From assembly GCA_963728915.1 (NCBI GenBank), contig CAVSLV010000001.1, positions 864,001-928,000 on the forward strand: a DNA stretch of 64,000 nucleotides. The letters run 5' to 3'. Made by a program: the position numbers and the translations under genes. The DNA comes from an uncultured Gemmatimonadales bacterium (GTDB taxonomy: Bacteria; Gemmatimonadota; Gemmatimonadetes; Gemmatimonadales; GWC2-71-9). Positions 1 to 10,321 of this stretch are shown here, piece by piece. Below the pieces are notes generated by a model. The model was given only the letters and a program-made list of their open reading frames with translations. It did not search any database and was not told the origin of the DNA. The stretch's first letter is position 1. Every line of letters starts with the position of its first letter.

Positions 1-1
1 G

Positions 2-556
2 GGGACCGGGAATTATCAGAAAATCGACCTGGAGGGTCGCTGGTACGCCCCGTTGGGCCGTGCTGGCGGAAGCGATCAGTTCGGCGGCGGGGTTCAGTTC
101 ACCCTCGGATTCACCGCCCGATCGGGCTTCGCCATCGGCAATACCGGGCCGTTCTATACCGAGCTGTACTCGATGGGCGGCGTGCAGTACGGCATTCCGC
201 TTCGGGGGTATGACGAGTTCTCGATCACGCCGACCGGGTATGATCCTCAGAGCAACAGCACCCAGGCCTCGGTCAACTCGTTCGGGAAGGCTTATGCCGC
301 TTTCACCCTGGAAGCAGGCGCCCGGGTGAGCCAGAGCATCTACCTCAATATTTTCACCGATGCGGGGAACGTCTATGCCAGGGCCCGGGAGTACAATCCA
401 ACCCGGCTGTTCCGCAGCGTCGGGGTTGGGGCCGCGGTGATTTCGCCCCTGGGGCCGATCGGGATCGATCTCGGCTACGGGCTGGACCGCACCGATGCCT
501 TTGGACAACGCAAACCCGGCTGGCAGCTCCACTTCCGCCTCGGGAACATCTACTGA
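2..556 (+). CDS. bamA: Outer membrane protein assembly factor BamA, C-terminal part (5'-truncated by the window edge)
   Basis: Frame is open from base 2. Contains the loop-6-like LRGY motif, IFTDAGNVY, SPLGPIGIDLGYG and a terminal beta-strand WQLHFRLGNIY. Precedes skp-lpxD. Confidence 0.93.
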   Translation, partial: GTGNYQKIDLEGRWYAPLGRAGGSDQFGGGVQFTLGFTARSGFAIGNTGPFYTELYSMGGVQYGIPLRGYDEFSITPTGYDPQSNSTQASVNSFGKAYAAFTLEAGARVSQSIYLNIFTDAGNVYARAREYNPTRLFRSVGVGAAVISPLGPIGIDLGYGLDRTDAFGQRKPGWQLHFRLGNIY

Positions 557-1146
557 TGGGGAACGACACGATGGGGAATACTCTACGGGAGGTCACCCGC
601 ATGTTCGCAGCTCGCAGGCTCTGGGGAGGCGTGGCGCTCCTCCTGATCGGGGGCACTGCGTCGGCCCAGGGCAACGAAGGCTCGTCGGCGTCGGCCCGGA
701 TCGGCTTCATTCACGCCACCAATGTCCTGCGGTCCATGCCCGGCTACACCCGGGCCGAGAGCACCTGGACCAAGGAAGCCGACGCGGTCCAGAAGCAGAT
801 GCAGCGGATGCAGGCCGCCTGGGATTCCACCGTCGCGGCGTATCGGCAGTCATCGGCGATGCTGGCGCCGTCGGCACGAAGCACCCGGGAGAAACAGCTT
901 CAGGTCCAGGGCGATAGCCTGGACAAGCAGTTCCAGGCGCTCCGGGACCGGATCGATGCCCGGGAGCGCGAGCTGCTCACCCCGATGCAGACCAAGCTCC
1001 AGGGGGTGATCGACGGGGTGCGCTCGGAGCTGGGTCTGGTGATGGTGATCGATCTCGACAACCCCTCCTCCGCGAACGTGATCTCCTACGACAAATCGCT
1101 CGACATTTCGGATCGCGTGGCCAAACGCGCCCTCCAGTCCAACTAG
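556..1146 (+). CDS. skp: OmpH/Skp periplasmic chaperone (true start may be 571 or 601)
   Basis: Signal peptide, RIGFI strand, long coiled coil and C-terminal LDISDRV. Lies between bamA and lpxD. Confidence 0.85.
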   Translation: MGNDTMGNTLREVTRMFAARRLWGGVALLLIGGTASAQGNEGSSASARIGFIHATNVLRSMPGYTRAESTWTKEADAVQKQMQRMQAAWDSTVAAYRQSSAMLAPSARSTREKQLQVQGDSLDKQFQALRDRIDARERELLTPMQTKLQGVIDGVRSELGLVMVIDLDNPSSANVISYDKSLDISDRVAKRALQSN

Positions 1147-1147
1147 C

Positions 1148-2152
1148 GTGAGCGCACTCCCGCCGCCGGGCCGGGCACCAGTGCCCCTCACGGCGGCGGG
1201 AGTGGCCGATCTGGTTGGCGGCGCCCTGGCGGGAGATCCCTTGGCCCGGCTGACCGCAGTCGGGCCGCTTCACATTGCCGACCGGGAAACCCTCTCGGTC
1301 CTGGCTTCCTCCCGCTATCTCACCGCCTTCCGGGCATCGCGGGCGGGCGCGGTGGTGCTTGGCCCGGAGCACCGGGCGGAGCCGGGGGGCCCGGCCACCC
1401 GGATTGTGGTGGCGGATCCCCAGGCCGCCCTGGCCAAAGTCCTCGGCGCGATGTATCCGGCCGCCACCCGGGCGGGCTTCATTCATCCCACCGTTCGCCT
1501 GGGCCAGCGGGTTAGGCTCGGCGCCCGGGTCCGGCTGGGCGCCGGCGTGGTGCTCGCCGATGGCGTGGCGGTGGGCGACGATTCCGACCTGGGCCCCCAC
1601 GTGGTGTGCGGGGAGGGGACCAGGATCGGGAGGCGTTGTGTCATCAAGCCGGGTGTGGTGCTCGGCAGCACCGGGTTCGGCTTCGTGGCCGGCGCCGCCG
1701 GTCCCACCCGGATACCCCATCTCGGGGGGTGCGTTCTGGGCGATGATGTCGAGATCGGGGCCAACTCCTGCGTCGATCGGGGCAGCATCACCGACACGGT
1801 GATCGGGGATGGGACCAAGCTCGACAACCTGGTCCATGTCGGGCACAACGCCCGACTCGGCGCCCGATGTCTGGTCATGGGTGGGAGCGTGATCGCGGGA
1901 AGCGCGGATATCGGTGACGACGTCATCATCGCGGGCCACGCCGCGGTTGGGGGGCATTTCCGGGTGGGGCATCGAGCGAAGATCGGCGCCAAGTCCGGGG
2001 TGATCTCGGAGGTGCCCGACGACGGCGCGGTCAGCGGGTTTCCCGCCCGTCCCCACCGGCAGTTCCTCCGCGCCCAGGCGGCGCTCTACCGGTTGGCCCC
2101 GCTGGTCTCCCGCCTCGAGGAAATCGTCCGGGTCCCGGATCAGGATGGCTAG
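1148..2152 (+). CDS. lpxD: UDP-3-O-(3-hydroxyacyl)glucosamine N-acyltransferase
   Basis: Hexapeptide repeats, GFGF, VEIGANSCVDRG, KLDNLVHVGHN and GFPARP. Confidence 0.95.
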   Translation: MSALPPPGRAPVPLTAAGVADLVGGALAGDPLARLTAVGPLHIADRETLSVLASSRYLTAFRASRAGAVVLGPEHRAEPGGPATRIVVADPQAALAKVLGAMYPAATRAGFIHPTVRLGQRVRLGARVRLGAGVVLADGVAVGDDSDLGPHVVCGEGTRIGRRCVIKPGVVLGSTGFGFVAGAAGPTRIPHLGGCVLGDDVEIGANSCVDRGSITDTVIGDGTKLDNLVHVGHNARLGARCLVMGGSVIAGSADIGDDVIIAGHAAVGGHFRVGHRAKIGAKSGVISEVPDDGAVSGFPARPHRQFLRAQAALYRLAPLVSRLEEIVRVPDQDG

Positions 2153-3416
2153 GCGAACCATCGTTTCGGATGCCTCGCTCCACGGCCTCGGTCTCCATAC
2201 CGGAGCGGAGTGCCGGCTCACCTGCCGGCCCGGAGCCCCAGGTCAGGGGATCCTGTTTCGCCGGATCGATCTTCCCGGAGCGCCGGAGATCCGCGCCGGG
2301 ATCGAACAGGTTGGAGCGACCGAACGCCGAACCGGACTGGCCCGAAACGGCGCGAACGTGGAAACGGTGGAGCACGTGCTGGCCGCGGTGTTCGCGCTGG
2401 GGGTGGATGACCTGGTGGTGGAGCTCGATGGACCCGAGCCCCCGATTCTGGACGGCTCGTTTGCGCCGTTTCTCGAGCTGCTCGAATCGGCCGGCATCCG
2501 CGAGACCGCCGGCGAGCCGCAGGTGCTTCGAGTGACCGCCCCGTTCGAGATCGCCGAAGCAGGGGCAAGCTATCGGGTGGAGCCCTGCGATGGGTTCCGC
2601 CTCACCGTGACGATCGAGTGGGACCACCCCCTGATCGGACGGCAAACCGGCGCCTGGGACATCGGATTGCAGGTATTCCGCCAAGAGCTCGCGGCGGCGC
2701 GCACCTTCGGATTCACCCGTGAAGTGGACACCCTTCGGAGTCAGGGACTGCTCAAGGGCGGTTCCACCGATTCGGCGGTAGTCTTAACCGAGGACGCCGT
2801 GCTGGGAACCCGGCTCCGCTGGCCCGATGAGTTCGTTCGGCACAAGAGCGGCGACCTCCTCGGCGATCTGGCCCTGCTGGGGGCCCGGATCGAAGCCCAC
2901 ATCATCGCCGAACGCCCCAGCCATCGCGGGAACGTCGCGCTGGCCCGCGCTCTCAGGGATCATTCTCTTCACCAGGGAGGCCGGATGCTCGACATTACCC
3001 GGATCATGGAGGTGCTCCCTCATCGATATCCCATTCTGCTGGTCGATCGGGTCCTCGAGCTCGATCCCGGCCGTCGGGTGGTGGCGCTCAAGAACGTCAC
3101 CATCAATGAGCCGTTTTTTCAGGGCCATTTTCCCGGACACCCCATCATGCCGGGCGTCCTGATCGTGGAGGCCATGGCGCAGGCGGGCGGCATGCTGCTG
3201 ATGGATCAGCTCACCGCGACGCCGGGCAAGGTGGTCTACTTCATGGCGCTCGACAAGGTGAAGTTCCGGAAACCGGTGCGCCCCGGCGACCAGCTCCGGC
3301 TGGAGGTGAGCGTACTTCAGATCCGCGGAGTGAATTGCCGGATGAAGGGGATCGCCTCGGTCGAGGGTACGCCGGTGGCGGAAGGGGAGATGCTTGCCCG
3401 CATCGTGGATCCGTGA
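2145..3416 (+). CDS. lpxC: Bifunctional LpxC deacetylase / FabZ 3-hydroxyacyl-ACP dehydratase
   Basis: LpxC motifs GLGLHTG, TVEH, ARTFGF and HKSGD are followed in frame by FabZ motifs LPHRYP and FFQGHFPGHPIMPGVLIVEAMAQ. Confidence 0.95.
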   Translation: MARRTIVSDASLHGLGLHTGAECRLTCRPGAPGQGILFRRIDLPGAPEIRAGIEQVGATERRTGLARNGANVETVEHVLAAVFALGVDDLVVELDGPEPPILDGSFAPFLELLESAGIRETAGEPQVLRVTAPFEIAEAGASYRVEPCDGFRLTVTIEWDHPLIGRQTGAWDIGLQVFRQELAAARTFGFTREVDTLRSQGLLKGGSTDSAVVLTEDAVLGTRLRWPDEFVRHKSGDLLGDLALLGARIEAHIIAERPSHRGNVALARALRDHSLHQGGRMLDITRIMEVLPHRYPILLVDRVLELDPGRRVVALKNVTINEPFFQGHFPGHPIMPGVLIVEAMAQAGGMLLMDQLTATPGKVVYFMALDKVKFRKPVRPGDQLRLEVSVLQIRGVNCRMKGIASVEGTPVAEGEMLARIVDP

Positions 3417-4186
3417 GCGCCATTCACCCGACCGCCCTCATCGACCCCGCCGCCGAGGTTGCAGCAGGGGTGGAGATCGGCCCATTCGCCATTGTGGGCC
3501 CGGGCGTCACCATCGGACCAGGATGCCGGCTGGGTCCCCGGGTCACCATAACCCGCAACACCAGGCTGGGCCGCAACGTCCGGGTGGGGGACGGCACCAT
3601 CCTCGGCGGAGACCCCCAGGACCTCAAGTATCGGGGCGAGGAGACCTGGCTCGACGTCGGCGACGACGTCGTGATTCGGGAGTACTCCACCATCAATCGC
3701 GGCACCGCACGATCCGAAGCCACCCGGATCGGAACCCGCTGCTATGTCATGAGCTACGTGCACGTCGCCCACGATTGTCGGGTCGGGGATCGGGCGACAC
3801 TCGCCAACGGGGTGCAGCTCGCCGGTCACGTGACGATCGAGGAGGGAGCGAATCTCTCCGGGCTGGTGGCGGTGCACCAGTTCGCCACCATCGGGGCGTT
3901 CGCCTTCATCGGCGGGTGCAGCCGGGTGAGTCAGGACATCCCGCCGTTCGTGATGGCGGTGGGGAATCCGGTCGAGCTGTTCGGACTCAATATCGTCGGG
4001 CTCCAGCGCACCGGCATGGCGGCCGAAACGATCGCGGCGCTCAAACGACTGTACCGGCTGATGTTCAATTCCAGTCTCAATTTTTCCCAGGCCATCGAGC
4101 GCGCTCGCCTCGAGTTGCCGGCCCTGTCCGAAGTTCAGCGTTTTATCGATTTCGTCGCCCGGTCGGAGCGCGGGGTCCCCGCGTGA
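3413..4186 (+). CDS. lpxA: UDP-N-acetylglucosamine O-acyltransferase
   Basis: GTG start overlaps the lpxC/fabZ stop. Motifs IHPTA, PQDLKY, INRGT, HVAHDC and VHQF. Confidence 0.95.
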   Translation: MSAIHPTALIDPAAEVAAGVEIGPFAIVGPGVTIGPGCRLGPRVTITRNTRLGRNVRVGDGTILGGDPQDLKYRGEETWLDVGDDVVIREYSTINRGTARSEATRIGTRCYVMSYVHVAHDCRVGDRATLANGVQLAGHVTIEEGANLSGLVAVHQFATIGAFAFIGGCSRVSQDIPPFVMAVGNPVELFGLNIVGLQRTGMAAETIAALKRLYRLMFNSSLNFSQAIERARLELPALSEVQRFIDFVARSERGVPA

Positions 4187-4218
4187 GCCGGCTCGGCCGG
4201 TCCCCCTGAACCACGGCG

Positions 4219-5339
4219 GTGCCAGCTGCACCGCGGATTCTGATCTCGGCGGGTGAACCGTCGGGAGACGCTCATGCCGCCGCCCTGGTGCCGGAGCTGC
4301 TCACCCGATTCCCCCGCGCCGCCATTCATGCGCTCGGCGGATCCCGGCTTGCCGCCGCTGGCGCCAAGCTGCTGCATCCTACGGCTGAATTGAGCGTCAT
4401 GGGGGGAGTCGAGATTCTCACCAGCCTGCCCCGGCATCTCCGCTTGCTCCGGGATCTGGGATCGCGGCTTCGCCGAGCCTCCTACGACCTGGTGATCACC
4501 GTCGACTACCCGGGATTCAATCTGCGGCTCGCCGAGCTATCGCGACGGGCCGAGGTTCCGGTTCTCAACTACATCCCCCCCAAACACTGGGCAACCAGAA
4601 GCCGCCTGACCCGGCGATACGGAGCGGCGGTGGACCGAGTGGCTTGCATCCTGCCTTTCGAGCCAGAATACTTCGCGCCGTTCGGAATCCGGGCGGAATA
4701 CGTGGGCCATCCGTTGCTCGATCGGCCCGCTCCCCCCAGCCGGGAGCGGGCGAGGCGGGCCTCGGCATCGGGGTCGAGGCCCGGGTTCTGGCACTCTTTC
4801 CGGGAAGCCGGAGACAGGAAATCGAGAGACTCTGGCCTGCGTTTCGCGACGCGGGTATCGGTCTCCTCCGTGCCGGCGACTGTCAGCGGGTGATCGTGGG
4901 CGGCGTACCGGGCCTGAGCTATCCTGATCCGGGCGCGGTCGAGATCGTGGCAAGCCCGACCGAATGGATCCTGGCGGCCTCCGATGCCGCCATCGTCAAA
5001 TCGGGAACCATCACCCTCGAAGCGGCCCTGTCCGGGGTCCCCATGGTCGTGGCGTATCGAGTTCATCCCGTGACCGGCTGGCTGGCCCGCCGGTTGCTCG
5101 AGGTGCACTGGATCAGTTTGGTGAATCTGCTGGCAGGATTGAGCCTGGTTCCGGAGTTTCTCCAAGGTGAGGCAACTCCGGATCGCCTGAGCCAGGCCGT
5201 TCGCCCCCTGCTGGCGCCGGCAGGTCAGGAAGCCCGCGCGCAGCGGGAAGGTTTCGGGCGGATCAAGACCATGCTCGGAGGGTCCGGGGCGGCCCGCCGG
5301 GTGGCCGGAATCGCCGCCGAGCTGCTCGGACACCCATGA
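4219..5339 (+). CDS. lpxB: Lipid-A-disaccharide synthase; single frameshift near 4760
   Basis: N-half has AGEPSGD, DYPGFN, ILPFE and VGHPL. C-half, in another frame, has LFPGSRRQEI, KSGTITLE, SLVNLL and PEFLQ. The halves join if one C is added at 4760-4761. Confidence 0.9.
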
Positions 5340-5971
5340 CCCGCGCGTCGATCGTCGGCGCCGTGGCTGGGCCGCTCCTGGCGCTTCTCTCCAGAACCTG
5401 GCGCATTGAGCTGGGGGGTGCCGACGAGGAATGCAGCGAGATGACGAGGAAGCAACGGCCGTATGTACTTCTCGCCTGGCACGAAGCCATGCTCCCTTTG
5501 CTCTGGCATCATCGAGGGACGGGCATGACCATCGTGGTGAGTGAGGGCAGGGAAGGTCGATACCTGGCGGCCTATGCTCGACGCCTGGGATACCATGAAT
5601 CGCGCGGCTCCAGCTCACGCGGCGGCGTGCGCGCCATGCTTGGCGCGGTGCGTGCCCTCCGATCCGGCCGCACAGCGGCCTTCACCCCTGATGGTCCCCG
5701 CGGTCCTCGCCGGGAGTTCAAGGGGGGAGGCGTGCTCGCCGCCCAGCGAGCCGGAGTGCCGGTGGTCCCGGTCCATGCCCACTCGGAACGAGCTTGGCGG
5801 GCAGGGAGCTGGGATCGGCTCCTGGTCCCCAAGCCGTTCGCGAGGGTGCGGATCGCCTACGGGTCCATCTTCGCGGTTCGGAGTGGAGAGGAAGCACTCC
5901 GGGAGGCGGAGGAGAGGGCCCGCGTTGAGCTGGCTCGGGCCGTCCATTGCGCGGAAACCCCGGCACCATGA
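5336..5971 (+). CDS. DUF374 lysophospholipid acyltransferase family protein (LpxJ-like)
   Basis: Motifs AWH, RGSSSRGG, TPDGPRGP and SWDRLLVPKPF. Lies between lpxB and lpxK. Confidence 0.8.
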   Translation: MTRASIVGAVAGPLLALLSRTWRIELGGADEECSEMTRKQRPYVLLAWHEAMLPLLWHHRGTGMTIVVSEGREGRYLAAYARRLGYHESRGSSSRGGVRAMLGAVRALRSGRTAAFTPDGPRGPRREFKGGGVLAAQRAGVPVVPVHAHSERAWRAGSWDRLLVPKPFARVRIAYGSIFAVRSGEEALREAEERARVELARAVHCAETPAP

Positions 5972-7011
5972 GCCGCCGGGGAAGCGGTCGCTTTCTCCGC
6001 TGGCTGTGGACCAGCCGGCGCGCCGATGCCAGCCTTCTCAGGCTGGTGTTGCTGCCTCTCTCGGGCCTTTGGATGATCGGGGTTGCGCTACGCAACCTCC
6101 GCTTTGATCGCGGATCGGCCCCGGTTCGCAGGCTCCCCCTTCCCGCCATCGGGGTAGGGAACCTGAGCGTAGGTGGATCGGGGAAGACGCCCGTGGCGGG
6201 CTGGATCGGGGAGCATTTCGCGTCGCGGGGGATCCTTCCCGGAATCCTGACCAGCGGGTACGGTCGGGACGAGGTCCTGCTCCATCAGCACCGGCTTCCG
6301 ACCGCCAGGGTCGTCGCGGATCCCGACCGGATTCGCGCCGGGGAGCGAGCGGCAGAGGAAGGAGCCGGCGTGCTGATCCTCGACGATGCCTATCAGCTTC
6401 GGGGCGTGGCCCGTGACTTCAACCTCCTCGTCATCAGCGCCGAGACCGCCCGGGCGGTTCCCTGGCTCCTGCCGGCGGGACCCTGGCGCGAAGGCCGAAG
6501 GGCCCTTGCCCGGGCTGACGGGATCGTCATAACCCGGAAGCGCGCCTCCCTCGCCGTCGCCCGCGAGGTGCTGGTCGCCTCGCTGCCCCGGATCAGACCG
6601 GGTGGCCCGGGTGGCATCGTACGGCTGGAAGTGTCCCGCTACGAGGGACTGGAGTCGGGCAAACCGACTCCAGTCGAAGCCCTCCGGGACCGGCGAGTGG
6701 TCGCGGCCTCGGCGATCGCTGATCCGGCGCCGTTCGTCGCCCAGACCAAGGCGACCGGCGCCCTGGTCCAGGTGGCGAGCTGGCCTGATCATCATGATTA
6801 CCAGGATGAGGACGTCGCCTGGCTGGCCAAGGCCGCGCGCAAGGCCGATTTTCTGGTGATCACCCAGAAGGACGCGGTCAAGCTCCGAGGGCGATGGCCC
6901 GCCATGGTCCCGGAACCCCTGGTCGCGATGCTCGAGCTCAGCTGGGAAGCGGGCCAGGATGAGATCGCCGCCGCCCTGGATGCGGTTATCCCCCGCGGCG
7001 GGGTCCGGTAG
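5968..7011 (+). CDS. lpxK: Tetraacyldisaccharide 4'-kinase
   Basis: [14 protein letters not shown]-loop, [23 protein letters not shown] and ITQKDAVKL. Confidence 0.93.
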   Translation: MSRRGSGRFLRWLWTSRRADASLLRLVLLPLSGLWMIGVALRNLRFDRGSAPVRRLPLPAIGVGNLSVGGSGKTPVAGWIGEHFASRGILPGILTSGYGRDEVLLHQHRLPTARVVADPDRIRAGERAAEEGAGVLILDDAYQLRGVARDFNLLVISAETARAVPWLLPAGPWREGRRALARADGIVITRKRASLAVAREVLVASLPRIRPGGPGGIVRLEVSRYEGLESGKPTPVEALRDRRVVAASAIADPAPFVAQTKATGALVQVASWPDHHDYQDEDVAWLAKAARKADFLVITQKDAVKLRGRWPAMVPEPLVAMLELSWEAGQDEIAAALDAVIPRGGVR

Positions 7012-7049
7012 TACTTTTCTCCCACGCATTCCCATTGGAGATGTTGAAC

Positions 7050-8351
<1,302 letters not shown>

Positions 8352-8366
8352 TCGCCTGCGACGTCG

Positions 8367-8825
8367 ATGCGAACCCTCCTGCTCGCGGTCGGCAAACTCC
8401 GCCCCAGCGTTCGCGAGGGCTGCGACGAATACCTGATCCGTATCCGGCGGTACGGCCCCATCGACGAGCGGGAAATCCGGGAAGCGGGACGCGCGTCCAC
8501 GCCGGCGCTGCGGCGCAAGGAGGAATCCGCCCGCCTGGCCGGCGCGATCCCCGAAGGCGCTCAGATCGTCCTGCTCGACCGTGACGGGGCCAGCTGGAGC
8601 AGCGAGGGCCTGGCGGAGCGGCTCGATCGGTGGCGGAACAACCGCTCGGTGATCGCCCTGGTGATCGGCGGCGCCTTTGGTCTCGATCCGACCGGCTTCG
8701 GGCCCCAGGCGATCCGCTGGAGCCTCGGGCCGCTCACGTTCCCCCATGAGCTGGCCCGGCTCATCGTGCTCGAGCAGTGGTATCGCGCCTGGACGATCCT
8801 TCGGAGGGAAGCCTACCACAAGTGA
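8367..8825 (+). CDS. rlmH: 23S rRNA (pseudouridine1915-N3)-methyltransferase
   Basis: AVGK, IGGAFG, SLGPLTFPHELARLIVLEQ and terminal YHK. Confidence 0.93.
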   Translation: MRTLLLAVGKLRPSVREGCDEYLIRIRRYGPIDEREIREAGRASTPALRRKEESARLAGAIPEGAQIVLLDRDGASWSSEGLAERLDRWRNNRSVIALVIGGAFGLDPTGFGPQAIRWSLGPLTFPHELARLIVLEQWYRAWTILRREAYHK

Positions 8826-10321
8826 CCCTCCCCATCGTTGACACTCCCATCAACGAGCCGGTCCCCCCCGTCTCGCCCCGGGAGGGCGGCTGGAATCCCG
8901 CGCTCCTGCCGGCGCTGGTCGGACCGCCTGGCAAAGACCTCCTGGCCCGGCTCCGGCTGCCCGATGCGCTGGTCGTGACCACCGGCCAGCAACCGGGCCT
9001 CTTCACCGGACCGGCGTACGCCATTACCAAGGCCCTTTCCGCACGAGGACTCGCCAGGACGCTGGAGCAGCGATGGCAGCGACCCGTCATCCCGGTGTAT
9101 TGGGTTCCCGGTGATGACCACGACCTTCGAGAGGCGGGGACGGTCGCCTGGATTGGGGCCGACGGCGCCCTGGTGTCGGCCTCGCTTCCCGATCGCCCCT
9201 CCGACGCACCGCTCACCCCGATGTTCCGGGAGGTCCTGGGCCCCGCGATCAGCGATGCCCTTGAGCGGTTCGAGCGCTCCTTTGCCGATACCCCCGAACG
9301 AGAAGCAACGCTGGGCTGGCTCCGGCGGCACTACACCCCCCATGCGACCGTAGCGGGCTCCTATGCTGCCGCCCTCGCGGAGCTGCTCGCCCCACTCGGC
9401 ATCGTCTGCCTGGATAGCACCCATCCCTCGGTCAAGCGCGAAGCCGGGACGTTCCTGGTCCGCGCCCTGGAGCAAGCGGATCAGCTCGGCGGCGTGCTGG
9501 CCGGGCAGAACCAGCGCCTCAAGGCACGGGGGATCGACGCCGGCGTCCCGATCGAGGAGGGAGCCTCACTGGTATTCCTCGAAGGCCGGATGGGACGCGA
9601 CCGTCTGGTGCGGAGCGGAGCACCCGAGCGATTTCAGCTCCGCCGCACCCACGAGCAGTTCAGCCTCGACGAGCTTCGGGCTATTGCCGCCACCGATCCA
9701 ACCCGGCTTTCCGCCAACGTCCTCCTGCGGCCCGTGCTCGAAAGCGCCCTGGTACCCACGGTGGCCTACGTGGCTGGGCCCGCGGAGCTCCGGTATCTGG
9801 CGCTCACCGAGCCCTTGTATGACGTATTGAAGGTCCCGCGGCAACAACCGGTGCCACGCTGGTCCGGGCTCCTGATCGAGCCCCGGGTCACCCGGGTGCT
9901 CAAGAAGCAGGGGGTCGGTCTCGACGAGCTGGTCGTCGAAGGAGCGCTGGAGTCCAACATCGCTCGCCGGGCCTTCCCGGCCGGGACCGAGGACGCACTC
10001 CGCGCGCTGATGCAGGCGATCGAGCAACGCTATCCGCCGGTGATCCGCGCGGCGGCGGCGATCGATCCCACCCTCGAAGCCAGGGCCGACGGCGCGAGAC
10101 GCCGGGCGCTCTTCGAGGCCGAGGCGCTGGAAAAGAAACTCATTCAACACGCGAAGAAGCGGGAGCGGACCGAGATCGAGCAGATCGTGCTGGCCCGAAC
10201 CTCGGTGCGGCCTCATGGAAAACCCCAGGAGCGGGTGATTTCCCTGTCGGGATTCCTCGCCCGATACGGACCCATGGTCCTGGAGGAGCTGGCGGATCAC
10301 ATCGCGCGCTGGTATGGCTGA
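8822..10321 (+). CDS. bshC: Bacillithiol biosynthesis cysteine-adding enzyme BshC
   Basis: VVTTGQQPGLFTGP, PVYW..DDHD, SANVLLRP, AYVAGPAELRY and PQER. GTG start overlaps the rlmH stop. Confidence 0.85.
   Translation: MTLPIVDTPINEPVPPVSPREGGWNPALLPALVGPPGKDLLARLRLPDALVVTTGQQPGLFTGPAYAITKALSARGLARTLEQRWQRPVIPVYWVPGDDHDLREAGTVAWIGADGALVSASLPDRPSDAPLTPMFREVLGPAISDALERFERSFADTPEREATLGWLRRHYTPHATVAGSYAAALAELLAPLGIVCLDSTHPSVKREAGTFLVRALEQADQLGGVLAGQNQRLKARGIDAGVPIEEGASLVFLEGRMGRDRLVRSGAPERFQLRRTHEQFSLDELRAIAATDPTRLSANVLLRPVLESALVPTVAYVAGPAELRYLALTEPLYDVLKVPRQQPVPRWSGLLIEPRVTRVLKKQGVGLDELVVEGALESNIARRAFPAGTEDALRALMQAIEQRYPPVIRAAAAIDPTLEARADGARRRALFEAEALEKKLIQHAKKRERTEIEQIVLARTSVRPHGKPQERVISLSGFLARYGPMVLEELADHIARWYG

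Noticed and set aside
4755..4765. Programmed ribosomal frameshifting in lpxB (likewise uvrC and dapF)
   Set aside because: No X XXY YYZ slippery heptamer at the shift sites. The pattern fits homopolymer sequencing errors.
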